From positions 620,001-684,000 of the forward strand of contig CP142728.1 of assembly GCA_036630325.1 (NCBI GenBank): a stretch of 64,000 nt of DNA, in the 5' to 3' direction. How positions within the stretch are numbered: the stretch's first letter is position 1; each line of letters begins with the position of its first letter. This DNA is from Vairimorpha necatrix (taxonomy: Eukaryota). Positions 1 through 11,546 of this stretch are shown here, in pieces. The position numbers were made by a program, and so were the translations under genes. A model generated the notes under the pieces. The model was not told the DNA's origin and ran no database searches. It was given only the letters and a program-made list of their open reading frames with translations.

Positions 1-1307
1 TTCACTTTATGCCCCCCCCTACATATATAAATACAAATTTTTAAAAAATATCCCTTTTTTTAGAAAATCAAAATGGAAAAAAAAAGGAGGAGAAATACTT
101 AAAATAATAAATTTATTAAAACATCAAAATAATTGTCTTTAAAGTTTCTAAGCAACATAAATCTTAACAAATAAAGATATATTAAACAAGTAGTTCTACA
201 TCTTATCGGCGTTTGGCGTTTTATAGCTGACCAATTCCCTTCTATGGTGTTAGTGTGCACACCTGTAATGGGATCTTTAAACCATTTGCTATGGTTAACA
301 GTTATGTGGCTTGCCATTATCTGGTTCATTTTTGAATATCCTTTCCACATATCAGAATAAACAGTAGATTGATTATTAATAAATGTAGCAATAAGATTTA
401 ATAGGATATTTTTAGTTCTATTAGGTACAGGAATTAACAAAATTTTTCTTTCTTTAGTCCGTTCGACCATCCCCAAAACCCACACACCGTCTACTTTGTG
501 TCCAACGTTGTATTTACGTTTTCCAAATTTGCTTTCGTCTACTTCTACGATTGTATCCTTACCGCCCAGTGTCTCTCTTGCACTTTCCATGTATTTATGG
601 TAAGCCTCGTCCAAACAAAACTGTTTTAGGCACCTCGATACAACACATGGGGAAATATATAACAACTTGGCGATTAGTAGAGGAGGGATTTTTGTGAGCC
701 AGAGGTTCAGGATCTTTAACATAAGTATATGATCCAAATGGGTTTTTGCAAATATGGTATTTGCAAAAAGGCTCCTCTCTTTTTTGCACTTTTTACCAAT
801 GCATCTGACATTGTAACCCCTTTGCTTTCTCCTCCTAACTTCTTTCCCGCATTTGAAACATTTTACTTGAAGAAGTTTATAAATAATTTCTTCGTATGTT
901 TTATTTATTTCTTCGTTAGTAAGCATAAAAATGGGGCACTAAAATTAAATTTTTTAAAATTGCTACAAAGAAAACTACATCGTCATTTTAATTTATATAT
1001 CGTTGTAATAAGTTCAAATAAATGAATTTATTGTATGGTTTCATTACTTATTATTATTTATGATAATTAAAATAGTAAGTAAAAAATTTGGACCGTATGA
1101 TGACATATAGAGTTAAATTTATATTTGTATAATAAAATTGATATGATTCGTCTATTTATTTTTGTATATTAGATTATTTTTATGTACTTTTTTTAATTTT
1201 TTTTTTCTCCTCCTTTTTTTTTCCATTTTGATTTTCTAAAAAAAGGGATATTTTTTAAAAATTTGTATTTATATATGTAGGGGGGGGGCATAAAGTGAAA
1301 AAGCTCC
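1..1307 (-). mobile_element. Merlin (IS1595/ISXO2-like) DNA transposon, apparently intact; left end cut by the window edge
   Basis: Near-perfect ~95-bp TIRs: 1-95 (ttcactttatgccccccc...ggaggagaaa) is the reverse complement of ~1204-1299. The right end probably runs on to ...aagctcc at 1307 (CC terminus like the other Merlins here). Encloses an uninterrupted transposase. Confidence 0.9.
99..926 (-). CDS. Merlin/ISXO2-like DDE transposase (275 aa)
   Basis: N-terminal CxxC...CxxxxC zinc ribbon; catalytic motifs VEVDESKFG, VYSDMWKGY, VNHS...HTNTIEGNW; CCCC motif 6 nt before the ATG. Confidence 0.92.
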   Translation of the reverse strand: MLTNEEINKTYEEIIYKLLQVKCFKCGKEVRRRKQRGYNVRCIGKKCKKERSLFANTIFAKTHLDHILMLKILNLWLTKIPPLLIAKLLYISPCVVSRCLKQFCLDEAYHKYMESARETLGGKDTIVEVDESKFGKRKYNVGHKVDGVWVLGMVERTKERKILLIPVPNRTKNILLNLIATFINNQSTVYSDMWKGYSKMNQIMASHITVNHSKWFKDPITGVHTNTIEGNWSAIKRQTPIRCRTTCLIYLYLLRFMLLRNFKDNYFDVLINLLF

Positions 1308-2158
1308 ATTTCTAACAATTGTCATATAGCCTATAACAATCAAAATAGTAAAGTCAAAATATAAAACTTGTCATAATAAATATCATAAAGCAATAATTTA
1401 GACAGTTATATCGTAAGCATTATTACAGTCAACCAAGACAAAGAAATACTAGTTGGTACGACGAAGAATATGTATGAGATTTTTAAAACTTCTTCTGTAG
1501 ATGATTCAATAATGTACATTTTTGTTGCATTAAACATTTCAAACAAACAATTTAGTGTGTCGCTGATGTAATTTAATTATTTCATATAAAAAGTTAAAAA
1601 TAAATCATACGATAATTTCAAAACTAGAATAGATATAAAAGGAAGAAAAATTCGTGTTAATCGAAATCTAGAATGCGCAAAAATATATGATCTAATAAAT
1701 CTGAGCTATAAAATTAATAATATGCATTAATTGTACCAATACGATATGTTTAAAAATTTTTGAGTTAAAAATGTAAAAATATTTTTATCAGTAAAGCTAA
1801 TTAAAGATTGGCTCTTTGTGTCATCAAATGATCGAAGAACATTATGGACCTATTTAAGTATCTTGTGGCTGTTGATCTGCTCAAGGACGGGAATAAGTGT
1901 GGCATTTTGCAATCTTGTTCAAATACAGTTCTAAAAACCAAGTGGACAGTGTGACACCTGAAAAATATCGTTGTTTGATGAGTCTAAATCATTGGATTTA
2001 TACATAAATGTCAAAAATTCTCTTCGTCTCTTTCTTGGTAGAATCTTTTCACCGCCTATTAAAATCTGAAATCAACACAATGAATTGTATTTAAAACAAA
2101 ACGAAGCTTTTTGTGGTATTTTGTTACAGAAAATCCGAAAATATTTAAATTAAGAATC

Positions 2159-2257
2159 GAAACTTCTCAAGCAGATAAAAATTTCTAATTACTGAAACTT
2201 CTCAAGCAGCTAAAAATTTCTAATTACTGAAATTTCTTAAGTCAAATTTTAATTACT
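2159..2257. repeat. 35-bp tandem repeat, 2 copies plus a degenerate third
   Basis: gaaacttctcaagcag(a/c)taaaaatttctaattact at 2159-2193 and 2194-2228, then a shortened copy at 2229-2257; no spacers. Confidence 0.85.
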
Positions 2258-3079
2258 TTATCGCTTCTAAGAAAAAATTATCGCATAACAAAAATTCTGT
2301 AATAAAATGAAAACATATGCATGTAAGATATTATATGCATTCTGCATAATGAAGTAAAGCTTTCTATACGTTTATCTAAATTGTTATTCTGCTATTATAT
2401 TTATCAATTAAACAATTCATTATATTTACCATAAAAAATTTTTGTTTCATTTTTTAGACATCTAACTGGAAATGCAAAAATTAATTAATTTGAACAATAA
2501 ATGTCACGCTGTTTGGGTTTTTGAAAGATGTCAATGTAATTTTTCGATGTTTTAGTGGCTGCAAAAAATTAGCTAACTTGTTTTTTATAAATTTCACATA
2601 AATAATACTAAGAAAAAAATTTGTTTATTTTTCGACTGTCAGCTGTCAATTATTTCATTTTTCATTTAGAACGATAATTAATATACATTAAAAATATACA
2701 TAATAATCAAATTTTCTTATTTTAGAATTTTATCATTGTCTTATACTCCAACAAGACAATATTATTTTTTATAAAATTCATACATTTGAAATATATTCCT
2801 TATATTTGTATAATACATATATTAACACAATAGTCGGCTATTTTTGAAATTTACTTGTTACAGCTATAATTTTTTAATTTACGAATAATGATTTTTAGAT
2901 GTCAAATCTATTCTGGAATGGGAAAATAAACAAAAAACATGGTAAAAAGTAAGCTTTTTCTTTTATTGTTTTTTGTTTATTTTTGATTTGTTTATAGTTT
3001 ATATGTTGACAAAATTTTGTAAATATTACTCATTAATTAATTTGTTTGTATAAATAAATAATTTTTTAAATTGCCCCTC

Positions 3080-4537
3080 ATGATTAAAGATTATGCTATA
3101 AGATATTTTATATTCAAACATTTCTGCAAAAATATCAAGAAAGAAATCGACGAGATGGCTAGAGAAATTTTTTTTTCCCTAAAGGATAAATTTTTACTAA
3201 AGGAAGAAGTTTTAGTAAATCTTCAAGAAGGATTAGTGGTAAAAATTTTTAAAGGCAAATTTTATATACTAACGAAGAAAGATTTTAGAATAATTAAATG
3301 CGATTATAATGAAATTACAAGAAAACCCAAATTTAATATCAATGAAATCGTCGAAACTTTATATTCCGTAACCTATGAAAGTCCATTTGGGGTGCGTCTC
3401 TTAAGAAAAAATATATATGAATGCTGTCATGAAAAAAAAAGTATAATTAAATACTTAAATTTTTTAAAGAAAAAAGAAGACAAATCAAAAAAAACAGACA
3501 TAGAACTTCTTAATATACATAAAGAAAAGGCGACAAATGATGAAGCTGAAGAATTAATTGACGAGAAAAAAAAAATTTATAATATAATTGAAGATGAAAA
3601 AAGAGGGGATAAAATAATTAATGAATATTTAGAAGATGCTGAAGTACAATTTCTAGATATTACTTCATTTGTCCCCTCTTCAGAAATATTTAAAGTAGAA
3701 AGTTTTGAATTTAATATTGTTAATGCGATAATAACAGTGTATTCACATATTACAAACTTCTACAACAATAAAATTTTATTAAACACATCAATAATTAAGC
3801 TAATAAAATTATACAAAGAATATGCCTATGATTCAGAAATTATAGGCATTATTCATGGAATCCTCATAGATAATCTCTATGAAGAAAAAAACAATATAGG
3901 TTTATCTGGTATTATCACGGTAAACAAGGATTTAATAGATAATATAAATGTCAACATCTTGAGTAATGAGGTAATTGTCGGGAATGAAGTGGGTTTGAGG
4001 GGGTGGAAATTAAAAACTAGGAGTTTTTTCCTCGATATATATAAAATAACAAAAAATAAGAAAATTTTAAGCTTTTACAATGCTCTTAATAAAAAGAGTC
4101 CTTTCAACCCAAATGAGACGTTTGTGTTGAGAGTTTTTTTAACTTTATTTTTAATTAAATGTAATATGGCGACTAAAAAATTCAAGGCCAATTTAATTAA
4201 TGAGCTAAAAAAGCTTAAAGAACTAGAAAATAGTTTGTTGGAGCGTAACAGAAATTTTAATTTAGAAGTTAGAGGAGATGAGGATTCTCATCTAATTGAC
4301 GAATTAAAAAGAAAAATTATTTTGTCTCCAATGAAGCAAAAGATTGGAACATTAAATGGGGGAGAGTTTATACTGGTAAATTTGAAAATTTTTTACCAGA
4401 AAAATGATACATTTTACATTCCAAGTAAGTCAACAATAGAAGAAATTTTAAAGAAATATCAGCCAATCGATAAAATAGAATTTAATACTTGTAACAATCT
4501 AAAAAACATACTTGAATGTTTATATTTGAGAAAATAA
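3080..4537 (+). CDS. Hypothetical protein (~485 aa), no family recognised
   Basis: Long ORF in very AT-rich DNA. The ORF track starts at TTG 3071, but the first ATG (3080) is preceded by cccctc, the typical microsporidian start context. Confidence 0.8.
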   Translation: MIKDYAIRYFIFKHFCKNIKKEIDEMAREIFFSLKDKFLLKEEVLVNLQEGLVVKIFKGKFYILTKKDFRIIKCDYNEITRKPKFNINEIVETLYSVTYESPFGVRLLRKNIYECCHEKKSIIKYLNFLKKKEDKSKKTDIELLNIHKEKATNDEAEELIDEKKKIYNIIEDEKRGDKIINEYLEDAEVQFLDITSFVPSSEIFKVESFEFNIVNAIITVYSHITNFYNNKILLNTSIIKLIKLYKEYAYDSEIIGIIHGILIDNLYEEKNNIGLSGIITVNKDLIDNINVNILSNEVIVGNEVGLRGWKLKTRSFFLDIYKITKNKKILSFYNALNKKSPFNPNETFVLRVFLTLFLIKCNMATKKFKANLINELKKLKELENSLLERNRNFNLEVRGDEDSHLIDELKRKIILSPMKQKIGTLNGGEFILVNLKIFYQKNDTFYIPSKSTIEEILKKYQPIDKIEFNTCNNLKNILECLYLRK

Positions 4538-5252
4538 AGACTAATAAATATTTTATTAATAAAAAGATTCTTCTTAAATATTATACGCCCGTTTTTTATG
4601 TTGTAAATAATATCATTTTTATTTCATGCTATATTTTACCAGGGACCAACAGTATGGCAAACTGCCGATGCCGTAGCATTTACGTTGAACTAGTATGGAA
4701 CTAAAATGACGAGTGGGCCAGACGTGTTATTCTCTTAGAACCCTGCTTAACGCAGGTCACAGATAGGAATGTTTGTGGTTCTAATCCCAAGAGATAGTTT
4801 TTCTCCTGCAAGTAAAGCCTTTATGGTATGCTGGTGTGTATCACAAGTTATTGGCTGTTGAAGTTTTTATTTGCTGGGAGGCTTTTCTTTAATCACAATA
4901 AAAGTTTTTTAGTTTTTTTTTAGAGACCAACAGTATTTTGCTGTTGCGATCTTCGTTTTGAAAATATCTATCTTCATAGTTAAAATGGCTTCTATGAGTC
5001 TCTTTATTCTTACTAAAGTGAAATTTTCTATATTTTTGGGCGGACCTGAAGCTTAGATATGTTTTAATTTATATTTAGTCATTGATTGCTGTAAAATTAC
5101 TCCAAATGGTCTTAATCTGATAAACGCCAGAAGTTTCTATTGTTTTTTATGCCTAAAAGTTTTATACTATTTTTGACTCTGTTGTTTATATAAGGATTTA
5201 TCATTGAATAGGGGTTTATTTATTTTATTATTTATAATCAACATCCCTCCCC

Positions 5253-7778
5253 TTATAGAATTAGCTCCTCGTCCACAAGTCTTTTTAGTTGCGAAGCATG
5301 TCTTTTGTAAGACTTGGTGCCAATTTTTATGCAATATGAATTTCCTTCCAATTTACTTAAGATACAACCCTTTTTCCAATATCTCGGTTTTCCCTTTGTC
5401 ACGTTTTCGTTCTTTATTAAAACCGTATTCCCAACAGTAAAGACCTCTTCCTTCGGCAATTTCTCTGTTGCTTTTGAATAATTTAATATATTGTTAAATT
5501 GTGTTTTTTTAACCGTTTCTGCATATTCTTTATCTAAGGCTTCGTTTGGTGTACATCCCAACCCTACGTGATAAGAATTATTATAAATTAGAATAGCTTT
5601 CTTTACTTTTGTTTTTAAAAACTTGTCACTTTCGTTTTTATATACCATCTCTTGTAGAGTTCTATTAAACCTTTCCACTCTTCCGTTCGATTGATGATGG
5701 AATGGTGTCGTGTAGTGTAACTTGATATCATTTGTATTTGCAACATTTTTAACACAGTTGCTTAAATTTTCTTTTGAGCAATCCAAAACAAGAGTTTTAA
5801 TTGGTAACTCTTTATTAATTTCCATTATAAATTGGGCTATTTTTTGTCCAGACCTATCGTTAATACACTTAGCAAATCCCTTTCTGGTGTAGTAATCTAA
5901 TCCTGTTATTATATAATTTTTGTCTATAGGACCTATAATGTCTATTCCCACCTTTTCGCCTGGATAATACGCTGTTACGAATATAAATTTTTTGTTTTTC
6001 TTCGGATTATACATCTTACATATGGTACAGTCAGCTATTGCCTTTTTGGTTAGCGATTTGATATTAGGCCATTTATATTCGTTTTCTAAATTATAAATAA
6101 TTGTTTTTGCACCTCTATGTAGCATTTCTTTATGCTTTTCGAATATTAATTTAATTTTTTCTTGTTCTGATATAGGTTCACTTTCCTTCACTTCGTTAAC
6201 AATATTTTCTTTTCCTTCAAAGCTCCTACTAAGAGCGTCCACGTGTGACATTTCTTCACCTTTTCTATAAATCACTTTAAATATAAAGTTGCTAAGTCGA
6301 TCTAGCCATCTGTGGATTCTCAGAGATTTAATTTCTCCTTTGTTAAGTGCTTCCAGGGCCTTGTGATCTGTAATAGCAGTAAATTCCTTTCCATATAGAT
6401 AGTATTTAAAATGTTCCATTCCCCATAGCATAGCTAGACATTCTTTTTCACTTATTGAATAATTTCTTTCGGGAGGATTTAGACTTCTTGAAGCAAATGC
6501 GATTGGGACCTTGACTCCCTTGTCGACCTGGGCCAATATAGCACCTAGACCTGTGTTTGACGCATCTGTTTCCAGGATAAATTCAAGATTGTAATTCGGC
6601 TGATGTAGCTCTATTTGTTTACTTAATACCTCCTTTAATTTTTCGAAGCTGTTTTGGTGTTTTTCTGTCCATATGAATTCTACTCCTTGCTTTAATAGAT
6701 TGTATAGTGGCTCACATAACGTTGCGCAATTGCGAATGAATTTTCTATTGTAATTTATCATTCCTAAAAATTCTTGAAGTTTTTTCTTATTCTCTGGTTT
6801 TTGAAATTCGTTTATAACTTCTATTCTCGATTTTTCGGCCGATATTTTATTTCTTTCGATATTGTATCCTAAAAATTTTATTTTATTAACTTTTGAAACT
6901 GTTTTCTTTTCGTTAATATTGAGATTGTTGTCCTTTAATATTTTTATTACTCTGCATAAGTTTCTATCGTGTTCCTCACTTGTTTCTCCGAAAATTAAGA
7001 TGTCATCTACGTAAACGATACACGCCTTCCCTATTTCATCTTTTAGAACATGATCCATATATCTCTGAAATATGGCCGGGGCATTCTTAAATCCCATTGG
7101 CATTACTTTCCATTCATACAAGAAATGCTTAAATCGAAAAGCAGTTTTATGTTGATCCTTTTTCGCTAGAGGAATGTTAAAGAAACCATCTTTCAAATCC
7201 AATTTTGTAAAAAATTCTTTGTCTCTCAGATTAAATACCAAGTGTTCTATATTAGGTAGGCTATATTTGTCTAATTCTACCAATTTGTTTAGTGCAACTA
7301 AATTAAGTGTTATTCTTATACTGTTATCTGGTTTTACTACTGGGCGAATGTTATTTAGCCATGTAGACTTCGATGGGCCTATATAATTCATTTTTATCAA
7401 ATTTTTTATCGTATCTTCCATTCCAGATTCAAATTTCTTGGGGAAGCTAAATACTTTCTCTACAACTATAGCGTCTTTTCTTGTATTTATTTCACATTCA
7501 TACTGATCCTTAGAGTTTATCATTACTTTAATTCCATCTTTTCCAATCAAAATTTTTTCTTTGGATACTTTTGGTAAAATAAAAAATTTTAGCTGATATT
7601 TCGTATTTTTATAAGAAACGTCACATAAAACATGATACTTAACTTCAAAGGTTTCTTCAAGACAGGTTCTGAATTTCAATTTGACATGGTTTTTTCTTCT
7701 TTTTAAACCAGCTTTTAATCTAACTGTGTCAGAAATAAAATTGTAGTTAGATCCTGTATCAAAGACTACTAAAAATTT
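5253..7778 (-). CDS. Pol of element 1: aspartic protease, reverse transcriptase, RNase H, integrase
   Basis: The frame is open from 7778: KFLVVFDTGSNYNFIS (protease), LDLKDGFF / YVDDILI (RT), ETDAS / YSISEKE / TDHKAL (RNase H), H-H-C-C then GIDIIG / SNGRVERFN (integrase). Confidence 0.93.
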   Translation of the reverse strand, partial: KFLVVFDTGSNYNFISDTVRLKAGLKRRKNHVKLKFRTCLEETFEVKYHVLCDVSYKNTKYQLKFFILPKVSKEKILIGKDGIKVMINSKDQYECEINTRKDAIVVEKVFSFPKKFESGMEDTIKNLIKMNYIGPSKSTWLNNIRPVVKPDNSIRITLNLVALNKLVELDKYSLPNIEHLVFNLRDKEFFTKLDLKDGFFNIPLAKKDQHKTAFRFKHFLYEWKVMPMGFKNAPAIFQRYMDHVLKDEIGKACIVYVDDILIFGETSEEHDRNLCRVIKILKDNNLNINEKKTVSKVNKIKFLGYNIERNKISAEKSRIEVINEFQKPENKKKLQEFLGMINYNRKFIRNCATLCEPLYNLLKQGVEFIWTEKHQNSFEKLKEVLSKQIELHQPNYNLEFILETDASNTGLGAILAQVDKGVKVPIAFASRSLNPPERNYSISEKECLAMLWGMEHFKYYLYGKEFTAITDHKALEALNKGEIKSLRIHRWLDRLSNFIFKVIYRKGEEMSHVDALSRSFEGKENIVNEVKESEPISEQEKIKLIFEKHKEMLHRGAKTIIYNLENEYKWPNIKSLTKKAIADCTICKMYNPKKNKKFIFVTAYYPGEKVGIDIIGPIDKNYIITGLDYYTRKGFAKCINDRSGQKIAQFIMEINKELPIKTLVLDCSKENLSNCVKNVANTNDIKLHYTTPFHHQSNGRVERFNRTLQEMVYKNESDKFLKTKVKKAILIYNNSYHVGLGCTPNEALDKEYAETVKKTQFNNILNYSKATEKLPKEEVFTVGNTVLIKNENVTKGKPRYWKKGCILSKLEGNSYCIKIGTKSYKRHASQLKRLVDEELIL

Positions 7779-8483
7779 TTAGTCTTCGATATAAACTAAA
7801 TTCTCTTTATTGATCATCTCTTCTGAGTCTTCTAAGACTTCATTTATTTGAAGCTGCTTTTTGTTATCGTATTTCTGCTTAATTATATCATTTCTAACTT
7901 CCTTAGAACCATTACGACCAGATTTCTTATTTCCTTTTTCTTCTCTTCCCAAAATAGTCCTTATCTTATCGTTCAATTCTTTATCAATTTTTTCCATCAT
8001 CAGAACTCGCTTAAGGTCGATATCATTTAAAGAACAACAGCTCGTTATGTATGCTCTTAAATTTGGAAATTCTCTTCTTATCCCGAGCATTACAATTTTC
8101 ATAGATTCTTTTGAGTCCATTTTTACTACTTTTGATTTCTTTTTAACTTCGTCAATGAAATCTTTTGCATTCTGGTCCTTTTTCTGAAAAAGGCGGTAAA
8201 CATCCACTAGTTCAATTTCATCTTCTTTAAATTCTTTATACAGTGCTTCTTTCCACTTGTCATATGTTATAGAGGAACTTCTTGTATGTTCCATAAATGT
8301 TGAGTGCCATTCAATTATTTCGTAACTGGCTTTACTCAAAACATACTCAATTTTATCCAATGATTCCATTTTTTTAAACCATCTAAATATTTCATATCTC
8401 ATCAATTCTTGGGATAAATTTTTCCTGTTTATACTGGGTTGATCATTATTCTCCACCATGTTGTTTATATAAGGATTTATCAT
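7779..8483 (-). CDS. Gag of element 1 (234 aa), in frame with pol and separated from it by one TAA
   Basis: ORF starts inside the 5' LTR; helical capsid-like region (YDKWKEALYKEF...QKKDQNAKDFI); same frame as pol (8483-7679 = 804). Confidence 0.85.
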   Translation of the reverse strand: MINPYINNMVENNDQPSINRKNLSQELMRYEIFRWFKKMESLDKIEYVLSKASYEIIEWHSTFMEHTRSSSITYDKWKEALYKEFKEDEIELVDVYRLFQKKDQNAKDFIDEVKKKSKVVKMDSKESMKIVMLGIRREFPNLRAYITSCCSLNDIDLKRVLMMEKIDKELNDKIRTILGREEKGNKKSGRNGSKEVRNDIIKQKYDNKKQLQINEVLEDSEEMINKENLVYIED

Positions 8484-10019
8484 TGAATAGGGGTTTATTT
8501 ATTTTATTATTTATAATCAACAGACTCAAAACATTCTGAGTTGCCAAGAGACGTAACACAGTGCATTAACCATATTGATAAATTTCTTACCTTTAAACTC
8601 TGTATGTAAAATTCGTTGGAGAGAGAGAGTAAGAAAGGATTCGTAACAGGTAACCGAGATAACAGTTAACACTGTTTAGATAATTAGTAAACAACTTTTG
8701 GGGAGATGGCAGTGTCGTGGCTTATTATTGTATAATCCATTTATAAGCAGAGTTCATTCAATTATATTTGACACACCCCAATCTCCCCATTACTTTATTG
8801 TTCCATTATAAACAATTAAAAAATCTTTTTAATATAATAAATATATTTTGGAATTGTTTCATGGGGCTGTACAAGTACATTTTCACAATTTATTGTTTGC
8901 CTTTTATTGTACAAGATATTATGTTGTTTTGCTTACCTATTTGATTTCTAAATGATTTTTATATAGAAGATCTGAAACATAAAGGCTTTAAAATATTGTC
9001 TCTTCATCAACAGTGGACTACCTTTTTTTATATATTATATTGTATAATATGCCATTTCGCTTGATCATAGCAGGTGTATCTATAACCATATTATAAAGAT
9101 ATAAATACGTATTAAAAACTACAGTTTATGGCTTAGTATTACATTTTTTTTTGTCAATTGTGCCCATCTACTAATGCCCTTTCGGCCTTGGCAATCTTAA
9201 TAGCATATCTTATGCAAATTATTAAAATTATTCTGTTATATAATTCAGTTTGCGCAGGGTTCGCCCATTAATTTAAACATACCCAAGTATGTAATCAATT
9301 TCAGATTTGTGAATATGTCTGACAAGTACTAGATTATTCGATTTCGACTGTAATAACAAGTATTTTTCTTTTTTTTACATATATCTTTGATTTTTATATT
9401 TATTCTTGATATACTTTACTTGTAGGTCTTTATATGCAATTTTGATATTTTAGGTATGCCTTACTTTACATTCTTGTTGTGATCTATTCGATTATTCATT
9501 TTTTTTACTTTTATATAATTAATTTTGTAATTTTTTTTAATTTTTATGTAGCAATAAAATCATATTTATAAAGGAATTTCAATGTATGTGCTGCATCATA
9601 TTAGATTTCAACATATAAATTGAGTTTATTTACAAAGCATTGAATCTACATTGGTGATATATTGTAGTATTTGTAAATATTTTTGACATTTACAATATTT
9701 AATTGTTACTAACAAATATTTTTTTGTACAATGTAGGCCTTAGAAATTTATATAAATGTAACGAAAAAATTCCCTTTTATCAATTTACATCACTAGTTTA
9801 CTATTTATAAAAGAATTTTATTTTTGCGGTAGATACTTAATTTTTAAAACTGTCGTTAAAATTTGAAAAAATCTATCAAGTATTTAGCATTATAGGTCTT
9901 TACGTAGACTAGATAAGAAAGAAAATAACCTTTTACAAAAGATTTATTTTCAGTATTATGAAAGTTGTTTTAAGCTTGAATTATAATTTAGTAAGCATTA
10001 AGGACTCTTCACCCTAGTC

Positions 10020-10860
10020 GGTCAAAGGAAACAATCAGGAGAGATCCGAAGTATTTTACTGCTTTCTACAGATAGAAATATTTTCTGGGGACAAGAGTCA
10101 CAATGTCCGAATTGTGGATCTCACAGGAATACCATGGATCATTATGTACCAAATGTGATTGAAGATTGATTTTGATTATATGAGAAGACACAAAGAGGCA
10201 GTTAGATGCATCTATCTTTTACTATTTATTAAATATTGGTTTAAGAAGATAAAGAAAATACGTGGACACTCAGTACAAGAGATCATGGAGAATTATCAAG
10301 CGGAAATTAGAGTAACTACGAGGATATTTACATATATAGAGGTATAACATAATAAGCCTGATATTTTATTGTTTGTTAAGAAGGAGGAAATAATTTTAAT
10401 AGTTTAAGTTGCTATAACCCCCAGGATCGACTTAATATAAACAAAATGAAAAACTAAGAAAACATGACCTTTTTACAAATGAACTGGGACTAATACATAA
10501 ATCTATGACAAGATTAGTTTCTTATATAATGACATTGGGTGGGATGGTGACCAAATATCACAGAAAGTACATTAGGGAGCTGGAAATCCAGCCCTCTGTG
10601 TTGAAGAAGATTACTGAGTTTCTCTCTTTGTAACAACGACGAGGATACGATCAAGAAGACTCAGGCGATAAAGAAGGGCTAGAGCAGTAAGCACACTAGC
10701 AAATATGGCGAGTGTTTAAGAAATGTTGTTGTTGATGGAGAATAAAGCTGAACCCCCGAAGTTGACCGACGAAAATAATTCCACAGAATCCATAGTCATT
10801 TAAGAGCTGAAATCCATGTGCGTACCACGAAAATTGTGAACAAAAATCTAGAACAAACGA
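10020..10860 (+). mobile_element. Degenerate 3' fragment of an RLE-type (restriction-like endonuclease) non-LTR retrotransposon
   Basis: Across stops and frameshifts reads LQDRNIFWG..QCPNCG..TMDH...C (CCHC), YMRRHKEAVRCI, HNKPDILL...VAI (PD-(D/E)xK), EKLRKHD...ELG, GMVTKYHRKY. Boundaries approximate. Confidence 0.8.
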
Positions 10861-11546
10861 AAAAATAACTCAAGTAACCATTTTTCTATCATTTACATTT
10901 AATATCGCGTAAAACTAGCACGTTTTAGGAAGACATATAAGGAATTTGAACCATATAATTTAAAGTATCACAAATGTATAACTATTGGCATTAGATCATT
11001 GACTAAATATGCTATAATAATACCTTAAAAACAATAACAAATAAACCAAAGTTAATAAAGCGCCTATTATGAGGTGTTGTTTTACAAAAGTAATTAGATC
11101 TTTGAACATTTCTTGTTCTATAATTCTCAGGTATAAATACAACTTTAGAAAAATTGAATTGCCAGATAGGAGTCAGAACCTTTCCTGCTTGGATGTATAA
11201 TCACTCTCGTGACAGTGTAGGCGTCGACATCAACATCGGTACTATTTCATAAAATAAACATTTTATTTTAATATTCTTCCTTAGTGATATTAGTATACTT
11301 TCATTGGGGCTTTTAATCTTCCTTTATGATACAATATTAAAAAAAATTTGTATGCAATCACTACACATGATACTATTATACTATTCGTATTTTCATGTAT
11401 TCTATTTCATTAATCAAAATTTTTTACTTTACAGTATTGGAATATCAAAAATCATTGTACCTTTAAAAATAAATGTAAAAATATATACCTGAAGATTTTA
11501 CACGTCGCATCAATTTTTAAATTATGATCTCATGCGCTATATGTTT

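Larger units (their letters stand above)
5180..8522 (-). mobile_element. Ty3/Gypsy LTR retrotransposon, element 1 (3.34 kb, 64-bp identical LTRs)
   Basis: LTRs 5180-5243 and 8459-8522 (TG...CA, identical); 5-bp TSD gactc at 5175-5179 and 8523-8527; PPT ggggaggga (5244-5252, minus); PBS TGGTGGAGAAT next to the 5' LTR; domain order gag-PR-RT-RH-IN. Confidence 0.97.

Noticed and set aside
99-926. Bacterial IS1595 or contamination
   Set aside because: Host-type CCC start motif, long TIRs and eukaryotic neighbours fit the eukaryotic Merlin superfamily.
1800-2100. Possible ancient Merlin relic (LLKDGNKC..., ..DESK-like)
   Set aside because: Too degraded; no TIRs or continuous frame to support it.
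2159-2257. 35-bp repeats of CRISPR-like length
   Set aside because: Units are directly adjacent with no spacers, the context is eukaryotic and there are no cas genes.
4640-5174. GC-richer sequence flanking element 1 (continuing at 8528-8790, with an imperfect hairpin at 8700-8788)
   Set aside because: Probably an older element that was the insertion target, but no motif or terminus could be assigned.
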